64,000 nucleotides of DNA from positions 4,898,001 through 4,962,000 of the forward strand of contig NC_134468.1 in the NCBI RefSeq assembly GCF_964194025.1, written 5' to 3'. The notes below the pieces were generated by a model. That model had not been told where the DNA came from. It made no database searches and was given only the letters and a program-made list of their open reading frames with translations. Position 1 is the first letter of the stretch, and each line of letters starts with the position of its first letter. The position numbers and the translations under genes are program-made. The DNA comes from Convolutriloba macropyga (Eukaryota). Below are positions 50,373-62,610 of this stretch, one piece after another.

Positions 50373-50586
50373 GGGATTTGGTTCGAGCGCACAATAGTAT
50401 GATCAGAGGTCATTCGGTCTGGGGATGGTAAGATCAGAGAAGATTTTGAGCGCAATAAACTCCTAATGATTGCGATAAATTTAATATATAGATGACCAAA
50501 TGTGAGAATGCGGTCAACTAAATTTACTAGAGAACTCAATCGATTTCAAACAATTACCCGAACTTGATGAGCTATTACGTTCCCTA

Positions 50587-51095
50587 TAATAGTAGTAGTA
50601 GTAGCAGTAGTAGTAGTAGAAGTAGAGAATTCGAGTATGTTTCCCGGGGCTAAAATTTGTGCCCGTGTCAGTCCAGTTTCAGTTGTCAAGTTTTTTCCAA
50701 TTGTTACAATTGTCACATCTGCAAATTATAATCCAAGAGCATTTGTTTGTAAGGCTGAATTGAGTTGTGAAAAAAAGCCAGTATGATTTTGTGATAGTGT
50801 GTTTGTTTAATTTGCCTCCAAATTTTTGAATATTTCTTATTTACAACGTTGTACAGTTGTTTCGTTCGGTGGAAGAAGTTTTCATCGGATTTGACTAGCC
50901 GGTTATAGTCAATTTTCAGTTCACCTCTACAGTGTTGCCTTGTCCTCTCGTCTTCCAGGGTTTTAAAATTTGTCGGAATGTCAAATTCATTACGTATAAT
51001 AGCTAGCAAGAGAAGATCTTGCTTTTCAACGTGGTGACACAGTGGGAGGAGTTTTAGGCCAATGAGACGTTCTTTGTAACTTTGAAGTGAGTTTC
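50587..51095 (-). mobile_element. CR1/L2-type LINE 3' end with (CTA)n tail
   Basis: YKERLIGLKLLPL..DLLLL..RTRQ..KSDENFFHRTKQLYN resembles the C-terminus of CR1/L2 ORF2. The (TAG)n run at 50590-50625 lies at its 3' end. Confidence 0.6.
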
Positions 51096-51119
51096 CTAGA
51101 CGTTAAATTTTTGGCTAGG

Positions 51120-52860
51120 AAGTTCTCTTGACGAAAAATGGCTGTACATCAACGTTCCAGTTGGAGAGGCTATAGATATTGCTCTAAGAGAACTCTATTT
51201 AAGCAACCTAGCTCCAGATATCCCAAAATCCGCCATGAAAAAGTTGCTAAAGCTTGCGGTGACAAATGTTCATTTCAAATGTAATGGGATTTGGTATGTA
51301 CAATCAGATGGTCTAGCAATGGGTGCATCACTCGCTGTATTACTAGCAAACGTATGGAGGACATCGTTTGATGCATCACTGCAAAAACCAGAGCACAGTG
51401 AAAATTTTTCCAGATCCGACCAAAACGGGAAGTGCAGTGACTGTAACCGGAGAGTGACTTTCCGAGGAAGAGGAGTAGAATGTGAGTCATGCAAAAACTG
51501 GTTTCATGCAAGATGCCAGAAGATATCGATTGAGGAAAACGCCAACATGCAGGATGAAATTGTTTAAAAGGAAGGTGGAGGATTTTATCTGCACGGTTCG
51601 TGGTGACCCGGACGTGTTTTTAAAATTTGCTAATCCACTACACAACAACCTGCAATTTACATTAGAAAAAGTTAACATGGAAGGGGATTTGGCTTTTCTT
51701 GACATTAACGTAAATGTGAACAGCAAAAGTAATATCACCTGCTATTGGTATCAAAAAACAACTGACACTGGAAAAATACTGAATTTTTGCAGCTGTGCAC
51801 CGCTTCAGCATAAGAAAAATGTGATTCAAGGGATGTTTCATAGGGTTTTTAATGCAACCTCTAATTGGTAGGCCTTCGATCAGGCTCTTGAAAAAAATGA
51901 AACTTGCTGGACCAAAAATCAATATCCAGAGGAATGGTCTTCAAAAATAGTGAAGCAGACTCTAGAAAAGATAATAAGTGGCGGTAAAGAACATTTGGGA
52001 ACAACACCAAAGGAGCATCAAAAATGCAGGAATAGATCTTATGATCAGCCAATTTTTTTTCTAAAATACAGAGGCAACCTTACAAACTTTGCCAGCAAAT
52101 TGAAAAAACTATGCTAATTGCAAGTGGCTTTTACAACGCAGAAGTTAAGATTATTCCTCCCCACACTGAAATCATCTTTCGATAGAGACCTGAAATCCCA
52201 CGTGGTATATGAGATTAAATGTAATGAATGTGGATCCATCAATGTTGGGCAAACAAGCCGGCATGTTACCACAAAGATATCAGAACATCAAAAGAAGGAT
52301 TCACAGTGGGTCAACATCTGGTTGAATTTCGTGTCGCAACGAAAGACATTGAATAGAAAATTTTGGACGCCTGTCGGACAGTAGAAAAACTAATGATTAT
52401 CGAAGCTATATACATCAGCAAGCTGAAGCCTGCTTTAAGCACACGCGATGAATATAGGGATTGGGAACTCACCTTAAAATATTAGTTCAAATTATAATTT
52501 TGACTAGATGAGGATACATAGGGCAAAGAATTTTGTGCATGACAAACCGAAATTGGCAAAACCTCCACAAGAGGGCTACTTAACTTTAGGGCAAACTCAG
52601 AATGACCCTTAAAATACAAGAACATGGCCAAAATCGAAAAATCCGGAATAGAAATGTTTCTAAATAAATTGATAACAGATGTAAATATGAGTTGTAAAAA
52701 GGCTAATTAGTGTATATAAGGAAGAATTTTTGATTGAATTTTTTAGAATAATTCCTAGAATTGTTTTAAGTGTGGTCTCAAACAAATCTAAATACATATT
52801 CATTTTACCTACAGTTTTAACCTGACGATGAACGTAAAGTTCGAAAACGTTTGTTTCAAA
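51120..52860 (+). mobile_element. Penelope-like element (RT plus GIY-YIG endonuclease), 5'-truncated, with a PHD-finger-like insert in the RT
   Basis: LYINVPV.EAI; FKCNGIWYVQSDGLAMGASLAVLLAN; FKRKVEDF (RYVDD equivalent); LQFTLEK..LAFLD..WYQKTTDTG; SHVVYEIKCNECGSINVGQTSRHVTTKISEH (GIY-YIG). Confidence 0.9.
52818..52856 (+). ncRNA. Probable minimal hammerhead ribozyme in the Penelope 3' UTR (degenerate)
   Basis: CUGAcGA (52822-52828), stem II GAAC-gtaaa-GTTC, GAAA (52843-52846), then palindromic ACGT. Position fits PLE hammerheads; the cleavage triplet looks mutated. Confidence 0.5.
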
Positions 52861-53521
52861 TATCGGAAGTAATTTTAAATTGACAAATCGATTTCTTTCA
52901 CATGAGTTTCCTAGAATCCATTTAGTGGCCATGATCTGCAATCCAACGACGCTGAATCTGTCCAACGACGCTGAATCTATCCAACGACTCTGAAAAAAAG
53001 CTCATACGGTGAAAAATACCAAGGCTTGGGCTCACCGTCTGAGCTCTAATCCATCTCCTGAAGCCAACCTATTTCCCAAATTGACATATGATGTTGATGA
53101 CAAATTGAAACTTCTAAGAATTTCATCCAAGAAAAGAAAAATGCTAGAAAATTTTTGAAGAAAAACTAAAATCTGTTAGCTAACCGAATGCATAATTTTG
53201 ATTCACTGATCAAAAGTAAGCCAAATAGTGCTACTTAGAGATCAAATTAAGATGATCAACAGACGGATATTGATTTGAAGCGACTCATGATTATATGAAA
53301 AATTTTGTATAACAATATCCTATATGTAAAAATTTCGGATACTTAACCAACTTTAACCTCCTTAAGACAGGAAGAATACACGAATCCCAATTCATATCAT
53401 TTCCCAAACTCACTCAAATATACTTATATAGGTTAAAAAAATTAAGAGGTGGCGTGAAAACCCCGCGCTTGTTTTCAGGTATGATCAGGTCCTGTACTAA
53501 GAAGGATTTTTATCTCGACTC

Positions 53522-53633
53522 GGGCTTTCCCATTATAGCCCCTCCCCCAGCTTAGTGGGTCAGATAACCTATAGCCCCCAAACATGGTAATTATAACAAA
53601 AGGGGGGGCTGAAATTTCATGGGGGAAAGACCC
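53522..53633. mobile_element. MITE of the second Merlin-like subfamily (CTTTCCCATTATAGCCCC ends)
   Basis: Similar to 58957-59084 in the opposite orientation. Confidence 0.6.
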
Positions 53634-53699
53634 TTTGACATTTGGGACTCAAAAGCAGAGTATAGAGAGAAAAGTGACACAAATTAAAAACTGGTTTAC

Positions 53700-53895
53700 T
53701 GGTTTTGTCATCAAAAAGATATTCGCAATAAGCGAAACATGGCCTACTGAAAGCGATAATTCTTCGGCATGCAACACCTTAAAAGGACAAAATTTTTTCT
53801 TTAGAAAAGAACGACAACCGAAGCAAACAAAGAAAGGAGGCGGTGGTGCAATTTTTGTACCTATAAGCATTGATACTAGCGAGAGAAGCGAGAGA

Positions 53896-53942
<47 letters not shown>

Positions 53943-56300
53943 TAGGGAGAGATTGAGAGAGAGATAGAGAGAGAGAGAGCAATAGTCAACATAGATACCT
54001 TTAAGTCAATTAGCTTGGAGTCAGTTTGGGTAGAGTTTAGCAAAGAATTTGTACCAAAACACGCAAAGAAAAAATATTAACAAACCCTGAATATTAAACT
54101 GAAAAGCATTTAAGTAACAATTTACTTGAAACTAACCTCTGGCCTGCAACGTAGACAACGCTATTGTTAACTGCCCTTTATTATTGTTTATGGGAGACTA
54201 TAAAAGAAACTAGCTAAACAATCATGAGAAAAACTGCCTGGACAAAATTATTGTTCCATATGGTTTGAATGTAGCTTCACCGCCCGATGAAACAAAACTC
54301 AATTCTCTGTCAAACACGCATATAGATTATAGCATAACTGATGATGAACCATCAGAAGAATCTTTCATTTTCGATTTTTAATTTTTATCATCTGTCAAAA
54401 ATCACAAAAAAAGACACAAAAAGATTTTGACTTTTATAAAAAAAACTGTCGTGCAAACGAATTCAAGCGATATTATGCTTCGTATATTTTGTATTCTGCT
54501 GGTCTCAGTGTTGTAGATAAACTTCAAATATTTATCAACATAAGTCTTTGACACTAGCTACACCAGCATGCACCAGTTTAAAATTTATTAACAACAAGAA
54601 TACATTGAGCAGTTTGGAAGGCAAACAGATATTCAGTGTTTGTTGGCCTTCGAAAAGCGTCAGAAAAACTTTTATGTATTCAAAAGATATAGTATTATAA
54701 CTAACTGGTCTAATTCGACAAGCAAAACAGTCAAGCTACAAACGCTATCCAATAACCGCAAAACTTAGAGGCTCCTTACAGGTCTTTAAAAAATAACAGC
54801 TTTATAGAACTCTTTCGGCGAAATGATTACAAACTATTTTAAGTTAGAAGAATTTCTGAATTTCTCCTTTTTCAAATTGGGCAAACATCTTTTCTTGGAT
54901 TGATTACACGTGAACACACCAATTGCCTTTCTACATAGAGAAGTGCGGTGCTTACTCTCTGCATTACGGGAATTCAATCAAAAAAAGCCATTAGGACAAT
55001 ACACAGTCCCTCCATGGGCAATTAAAGATGCAATGTGCGTAGTTGCTTCAGATTTGGCTTACAATTTCATCGAAAGTTTACGACCCCAAATTTATCCCAA
55101 TAAGTCTAATGATGCTAATGTTACCCATCGGTGAAAAAAATTTGGTCCGCTAATTGTTATTGACCAGATGTTTTAAAGAGTCATATCTGTAAAGAAAGTA
55201 ATGCATAGAAAATTATCAGATAATCTTTTGAAAAAAACATAATGATCAATTAGCCGCTCGGCTTTAGAAAAAAATATTAACTAGTGATGCCTTACTCTTT
55301 CCGACTGAGTCAATTAGAACAAAAATAATAAAAAGACAAAACATCTTAAGCAAGTGGTTCTGTTTCCCAATAAAAACTCTAAAAAATTGACGGAATTGGG
55401 ATCTCACTTTTCGGCTAAAATTGTAACTGAAAATTATCTACCCACAGGTAGCAACAGATAGGCGTCAATAATGTTTTCTTTAGTTGGTACCAAGTGGAAC
55501 AAGGGATGTCACGGGGAACTGTGCGTGGTCCATTGCTTTTCAATTTACACCGTAACAGCCTGAAAAATTCCATGAAACATAATAAAAAATTCATACAGTA
55601 CGAAGATGATAGCTTTTTATTTTCTTCAGATAAAGTTAACCACTTAGCTAAACAAGATTTATTGGAAAGTCTTAACAAAATTAACTCAAGTTTTTAAAAT
55701 TGTGAACTAAACCTGAACGCACAGATAACAGAATATATCGAGTTTAAGCCAAGGTGTAGATTTAAAACCACAGTTGTGGAAACCTTATTTGTTCAACATA
55801 AAACTGTTATTGAGAAAAGCGAATACAAGTAGCTTGTCTTAATAATTGATAACAAAGTTCAGTTTGAATCACAAATAAAAATAATTTTTCCAAAGTGGTT
55901 GTAGGAAATAAATCCAGAAAATCAATAAAGATTCAACTCGCAAATTGAACAGCAATTAAACTGGGGATTAAGGACAAATCTTTTCAGATAAAAGACAGAA
56001 TTTCAAGGGAATCAGTAAAAATGGTTCAAGTATCCGACACCGAATTGGCATACGATCTCTTCGACACGCGCTAATTTTCCGACTAAATCACCAATCAGCA
56101 TCTGCCAATCAATAAAACATTGAGGCTTCCAAGTGCAAATTGTCACGTACGTAGAGAAGCTAAGATAATCTTTTTCCAAGATCACAAGCTTTATCTAAAG
56201 AATTTTTTTCTACACAATATTTTAAAAATGGAACTATAAATTAACAAAGGTAGAAAACAGTTTAAAAAGATACTCTAATGACTTTATTGTTCAAGCTTCA
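53700..56300 (+). mobile_element. CR1/L2-type LINE ORF2 remnant (APE endonuclease plus RT), heavily decayed
   Basis: FAISETW..KGGGGAIFV, ESVWV, MGDY and HIDY (APE); QGMSRGTVRGPLLFNLH..IQYEDDS (RT, equivalent to GVPQG..LGP and YADD). Confidence 0.8.
53881..53979. repeat. (GA)n microsatellite inside the LINE remnant
   Basis: Visible GA dinucleotide run. Confidence 0.95.
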
Positions 56301-57705
56301 CAAGAATCTAGCCATTCAGTTTTGAAACACGTTGATTTAGTGGTAACGGAGAGAGACCAGAAATCTTCTATTTTCTTTGTTAATGTTTAATTTGTAAATT
56401 TAATTGCTTGTATGCCGTTTGACTAAATATACAGCTGCTTGTATATAGGATACAGTTAGTCAAACTAATTTGTTTTTNNNNNNNNNNNNNNNNNNNNNNN
56501 NNNNNNNNNNNNNNNNNNNNNNNNNNNNNNNNNNNNNNNNNNNNNNNNNNNNNNNNNNNNNNNNNNNNNNNNNNNNNNNNNNNNNNNNNNNNNNNNNNNN
56601 NNNNNNNNNNNNNNNNNNNNNNNNNNNNNNNNNNNNNNNNNNNNNNNNNNNNNNNNNNNNNNNNNNNNNNNNNNNTTTTATTTTTTATGGAGTTTTTTCA
56701 AGCAATCCAAAAATCAGTTTTCAAACCATGTGTCTGTCCTAAATTTCAATTTACAGACCTGTTTTTTTAAATTAAAGTCTGTCAGCGTCATCGCTTTTTG
56801 CAGACCATTTAGAAACAAAGACAATTTGTAGAAACCTAAACTTCCGAGATGACAACCTGAAAAATCATATATTTCTGAATTCCAGTGGCGGTTGTAGTCA
56901 AATTTTTCCGAGTCTTGTCTCACTTGTTACGTTTTTCGGACAGAGCATTTTTTAATCAAATTTTAATATAGCTGTATTAAGCAAACACTCAGATGTTTTT
57001 CAATATTACTTTTTGCTTGTTCTATTTTGTCATTGAAATCTGAGCTTTGATAGGAAAAACGGCTCAATGGCATTTAAAATGAAATTGATAAAATTAGGTG
57101 CCTTAATTAACATAGATAAGTTGTCCGTTTATTTTGCTAGATCCCTTAATTACTAGCGAACATTAAGATAAATTTTTTGAATAATCAGATTTGAATTGAT
57201 ATCATAGTGTATCGCGATTCAAAAGTGCACACAACTTTTAAAATATAATGGATTTTGCGTTTGTGTCCCCTCCCTCCACTCCAGCTTACTGGGTGCATAT
57301 TATTTGCAAACCCCAGTCGCACGTGCCATATTTTTACATCATGATTTACTATGTAATGGCACGTGCTCTGTAACTTGGGCTGCATAATGCACTGGGGTGG
57401 TGGGGGGGGGGGAGAGCAAACGGAAAAGATCCGTTTTAGCATATAAAATCTCATTAGAATAATAAGACATTTTTCAGAAGACCGTTTTATGTCTGTATTA
57501 TTTGATAGGTAATCTTCAAACCCTTTATCTTTCAAATATAATTATTTAAGTCACGTGCTTTGGGTGCAATGAAGTTGATAAGTGCGAATAGGAAGTTTTG
57601 TTTTTTTCTCATCGTGCTCTGTGATTAGTTTTGAGTTGCTGCTTTTGTTTTGGTTACGTCTTCTGAATGGCGCAGGATTTCATTCCACCAAAATGTCCAC
57701 CAAAT

Positions 57706-57834
57706 CTACCACCTGCCCGAGAGTGTGTATGTGACAAAGAAGTATGCAAGATTCCACCCAATGAAGGTGGAAGGGAAAAACCACTTGCATATCTCATCCG
57801 CATTCCCGGCACTCCAGTAGTCGAATTTGGTCAC
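57706..57834 (-). CDS. Terminal exon of a probable Cys-loop ligand-gated ion channel subunit (M4 helix)
   Basis: After acceptor TTTTTTTTTGCATGCAG: VTKFDYWSAGNADEICKWFFPSTFIGWNLAYFFVTYTLSGRW*, which fits the M4 consensus D..(C/S)R..FP..F...N..Y. Confidence 0.7.
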   Translation of the reverse strand: MTKFDYWSAGNADEICKWFFPSTFIGWNLAYFFVTYTLSGRW

Positions 57835-58659
57835 CTGCATGCAAAAAAAAACATGAATGTACATCAACACTCTCCAAGTTTAATAACCCAGATTGTGGTA
57901 ATGGCTTCAGCAATCAGATCATTATATTTGGTTCGTTATCAGGTACCGTTAAAAACTAGAATAATTTTTTTTAATCACAAGTTTTGTCTCATTTAGAATT
58001 TACTGTGATTTTTTATTCAAAATTTACCATCTTACTCTATTGACAGAATTAACAAACAGATAAACTGGGGCATAAAAGTTTGCTTTATGAAAACCAAATA
58101 CAATACTGCCATAGATCTATTTCTGGAGACTAAAATTCTTCCAGCAGAGCTCTAAATAACACGGGTGTCATTAAATAGGTTTTTCAATATTCTCCAACAA
58201 ACAAGAAATCGATCTAATAAACATTTCAGATTTTTAGAAAAACTGCCAATTATTGAAAACAAAGGAACCCATAACCTTTTCTTAGAACAAAAATGTAAGT
58301 CAAAATGGAGTAATGGTTCAATTGTTCGTAACTTTATTCGAAAATGGAACACACTTCCAATTACAATTAGAAAAAAACCGTCGAAAACCAAATTTAAACA
58401 AAAAATTACAGCGAAAATGCTTAAACGACACGAAAGAGTTCCATTAGACAGAAGGGTTGCAGGATTCAATGCAAAAGGGTTACATATTTTTTATCAAACT
58501 ATTTTAAGGAAACCGAACCTTAGTTTGTTATGAATTAGAAAATGATTATGTATGATTAATAAATTTATAACATGTAACATTAACCAAGTGGTTAGTTTAA
58601 TTTACAGGTTTCAGATTTTAACAAAATATCAAGCTAACAAAGGTGATACTTCAGCAGAG

Positions 58660-58727
58660 CTTTGGTGCAACGGTAGAATGCCTGAGCGCGGTGCTGGAGA
58701 TAGTAGGTGCGAGTCCTCTATTCGAAA
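58660..58727 (+). other. tRNA-derived SINE-like head or tRNA pseudogene
   Basis: A-box-like tggtgcaacggtaga and B-box-like ggtgcgagtcc at tRNA spacing; no intact cloverleaf. Confidence 0.4.
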
Positions 58728-58956
58728 CCCTAATTTTTTTTTTGCAGCATATGGAGTTAGCTAATACCACAGTTGGGTTGTTACACAAACATGCAACTTT
58801 TTCTTTCAAATGTTCCACAAGAGCGTATACGACGCTTGGATATGGCGCAGTCTATGACCTTCAATGGAGCTAGCTTTGAAGGTCATAAACTACGCCATAA
58901 CTTGGTTCGTTAAATGACTAATGGTGGACCCATGAAAAGACCTTAGCTGGACTTTG

Positions 58957-59084
58957 GGGTCTTTCCCATTATAGCCCCCCCCCATGAAATTGTAGCCCCC
59001 CATTATGGTATAATTACCACGATTGGGGAGCTATAGGATATCTGACCACTAAGCTGGGGGGGGGGGCTATAATGGGAGAGATCC
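58957..59084. mobile_element. Merlin-like MITE, second subfamily
   Basis: TIRs GGGTCTTTCCCATTATAGCCCCC and GGGGGCTATAATGGGAGAGATCC; 8-bp TSD GGACTTTG/GGACTTTC. Confidence 0.8.
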
Positions 59085-59983
59085 GGACTTTCTTCGTTAT
59101 GGAAAATGTTTAGCTCGACCCATGATAAGCTATTAGCTCGACTTTAACTAGGAAGCTCGACCGTGTAATTATAGTCAATATTGCCCCCCCAACAAGTCTT
59201 TCAAAGTCTTTTCATAAGTCGAGGCCTAGGCCTGAGCTATTTGAGCAAAATTTGCAAAACATGACTACTGATTTGCCCTCTTTTCATTTTCTACTCAATT
59301 TCCGACTTACAATTTGAAGAGATTTAATTTTTCGCTCACTGTATCATTGCAAAGGAACTCTGTTCCCAGTGTGACTTATCCCCGGCTGAAGTTCTTTCGC
59401 CAAAGCAACACTTATCAGACCGCCATATTGAGCTAATAGATGAGGGTTGTAATTAAAATTGGAAGAAAAATCAGAAAACTTACAGAGATTTTGTATCTAT
59501 CCAATTTTTCAAGCATCACTATTTGTTCAATGGCTCAGAAGGCTTTTTCAAAAAAGAACCGATAGTCAGAACATAAAGCACTCTTCATAAAATTTTTAAA
59601 TGTAAATACTGTTTAACAATAATTAAACATAAATAACATAAATAAAAAACATAAACAAAAAACATAAATAAAAATTTGTAAATTCATTATTTCGTCAGCA
59701 TTGGAAAATAGAATAAATAATAATGAAAAATAAATTCTAGCCTGGCAAAATGGCAAAAGCGGGCTCCAAGTAGAGGAGAAACAAATTTTGCACAAATTTG
59801 ATTGAATTTGAAACTCATACCCTGTTTTTTGACTTGTAAGGACCGAACTTTTGCTAAACTGAAGTCAGTTACCACAAATTTTTGTTACTGGGTGATCACA
59901 ATAGCAATTAAATTGTTTATTATTGTATGCAATTTTATTTAACCTGTTGTAATTAACCGGTTATACTTTTTTTTAAATCAATT

Positions 59984-60540
59984 CTCGGGTCGAGGTTTTC
60001 GGGTAAATTTTTGTAAGAAATGCGGTGAATTTTGCGGTGAATTTTTGTAAGAAATGCGGTGATTGCGGTGAATGCGGTGAAAATAAATATTTCATCACAT
60101 TTAACCGCTTTTCTTACAAAAATTAACCGCAAAATTCACCGCATTTCTTACAAAAATTCATCGCATCAATTTTTGTGGCAAATTAATGTAAGAAATGCAA
60201 TGAAAGCGTTGAATGAGGTGAAAAAAAAATAATTCACCACATTTCACCGCATTTCTTACAAAAAAGTCTGATTTAAATTAACAAAGAATTTGAAAGCTGT
60301 AAGTGAGAGTTGGCGAAGTGGACTAAGCAGTTGAAGGCACGCAGGAGGTCAAGGGCCAAACCCCTGTGGGGACGATTCCTTTTTGTAAGAATACTGAGAA
60401 CGCGGTGAAAATAAATAATTCACCGCGATTCACCGCATTCACCGCAAACAGATGTAAGAAATACGCGGTGAAAATTATTTTTTTTTCACCGCATTTCACC
60501 GCATTTCTTACGAAAATTCACAACCGAACCTCGACCCGGG
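59984..60540. mobile_element. TIR element with internal AAGAAATGCGGTGAA repeats in inverted arrays
   Basis: Ends CTCGGGTCGAGGTT and AACCTCGACCCGGG; many gcggtgaa / ttcaccgc motifs. Confidence 0.75.
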
Positions 60541-60627
60541 TTTCGATTAAAGAATTGAGTAAATTGAAAAATATTTTGGTTGGCCATTGAAACCTAGTAG
60601 TTCGTTAATCAGCTCTGCTCTTTTTAC

Positions 60628-60763
60628 CTTGTGCAGTTCATCCTCTTTGATTTCTCCATTGAACTCCACCTCCTTGGGACCCTGTTCGAAGTCAAGGAAT
60701 CCGGTAACGTCTCCAGCCTGGGAATCTCTTTTCGCTGCCAGGATGCTTCTCACGGCTGCAGCT
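60628..60763 (-). CDS. Penultimate exon (intracellular M3-M4 loop) of the probable Cys-loop channel
   Basis: Acceptor TTTTTTTCCAG (AG at 60765-60764); AAAVRSILAAKRDSQAGDVTGFLDFEQGPKEVEFNGEIKEDELHK; donor AAG|GTAAAA in phase 0, matching the phase-0 M4 exon. Confidence 0.55.
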
Positions 60764-60788
60764 CTGGAAAAAAAGCAGTTGATAAATC

Positions 60789-60958
60789 GGATCTATTCTG
60801 TTTCGGCCCCCCAGTGTTTTTATGACCCCCCGTTGCAAATTATATGTTGTTATATAACGCGTTACTATGGAAGAAAATAGCACGTGCGCGTGGGGGTCAT
60901 AAAAGATTTATGCTCACTAAGCGGGGGGGGGGGGGGGGGGGCAAAACAGAATAGATCC
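60789..60958. mobile_element. Poly-C/poly-G MITE (Merlin-like)
   Basis: Intact TIRs; TSD GATAAATC/GAAAAATC. Confidence 0.88.
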
Positions 60959-61820
60959 GAAAAATCGAATCTATTGTTTCGTCCCGCGTTTTTGTTACCA
61001 CTCTTATAATCTATGTTCTTACTAGCAAAAAGCAAAAAGAACAAATTATCGGTACGTCGAAGGGGGGGGGGGGCGTAAATGTTATATGTCAACTAAGATG
61101 GAAGAGAAAAAGAATAGATCCGAGAATTCTACTAAACAATGTCTGTTCTAAAGAACAGAAAGATAGTTATCGAACGGTCGCAGCTGAAAGAAAAATTGTT
61201 TTGCGACGAATTAGTCAATTTGCAGGCCAAGGCAGCTAGAATCTTGAGTTCACTGCCCCTTGTAATCTGACAATTAGAATATATTGTTAAAATTGTCATG
61301 TATTCTCTAATCTGATAGTTAGTAAATATAGGAAATTTTTTCTGCTAGCGTCCCACCAGCCCTATATAGCCGTTACTTAACACCCCCTGCCCCCCCCCCC
61401 CAAAAAAATTCTAAGTTTTCGTGAGTTGTAAGAGCGATATTTGCATTTCATTGAAAAAAGTGTGTCTAGGTAGACTGAAGGCACTTTTAGAGTAGTTTCG
61501 CTAAGAAAATTTTAAAATCGAGCTCTTATTGTAGCCGATAACAAGAAAAATGATATAATACAGAACTTTTTATTAACGCAACAATTTATGCAACAAATTT
61601 TCGTCGAGATATGTAATACTTTCAAACTATAGCTAGGCTAGCTTTTAATAAATGCATATTATTCATATATGTTCATGTATAAATTTACTTACCTTTAACA
61701 GTATGTTTATACATGTACAAATGGGGGTTACAACACTAAGCGGGAGGGGGGCTAGCAGAAAGGATTCATTATTGGAAACCGTATAATTTTAGACACGACA
61801 TCCAGGAATTCATGCAATGC

Positions 61821-62012
61821 ATACTTTTTCCTTCTATCATAGGGTTTTTTGCATGGTTACAAAAGAATTTGTTTGATGACCGACTCCCTAGTTGAAGAAC
61901 AACATTAATGAATTAACGACATACTTTTTCCTTCTATCAGAGGGTTCTTTGCATGGTTACAAAAGAATATGTTTGATGACCGACTCCCTAGTTGAAGAAC
62001 GACATTAATGAA
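61821..62012. repeat. Tandem duplication, period 100 bp, two copies
   Basis: atactttttccttctatc...gactccctagttgaagaac..cattaatgaat starts at both 61821 and 61921. Confidence 0.9.
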
Positions 62013-62610
62013 TGGAGGCTGCAAAGCGGTCTAGATTTCACTGCTAAATGTTCTTACTTTTGTTGATTCAGATGCCTCGAAAAGAATTGTTGCGGCTCCT
62101 AGATTTTTCGAGTATTTGAACCAAAACTTCAAGAGCCTAAACAGCAACATTAGTGAACTAATTTTTCGTTATCAAACAGAAAAATCAGTCTTTTGTTTTA
62201 TCGAAAGCAAAGAAAGGACCCATGTTCTTGTGGATATTGTCCTTTTTTGGGTAGCTCATCATAAGAAGGTTCGTCATCCTAATTTTTAACGTAAAGAGGA
62301 CTCTCTCGTTTTCTAAATGCAAACGTTTTCTAATCGTTTTTATCGTGCCCTACTTTTAGGTAAAAAGTTGTTGGTGTAGTCACTCAGAGGAAAAAAGATA
62401 ATTTTGATTAGATTAACGGTTTGCACCATATGTCCACTTCAATTAACAAAGCGGATGTACAAAGAAAGATAGCAGTAATCAATAAGGCGCATATAAAAAT
62501 TCAAGCTCATATTGAACAACTTAGGCTAGTGTACTGAAGTAATGTTTGTGTTGAATACTTAGCTTAACTAAGCTAAGTATTCAAATTACATCATTCTAAA
62601 AATAGAATGA

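Noticed and set aside
53779-53982. SLSLSL and ERERER ORFs
   Set aside because: Translations of the (GA)n microsatellite.
57667-57996. Plus-strand 109-aa Pro/Cys-rich ORF (MAQDFIPPKCPP...)
   Set aside because: It is the antisense shadow of the minus-strand M4 exon, which has a proper acceptor and a family motif.
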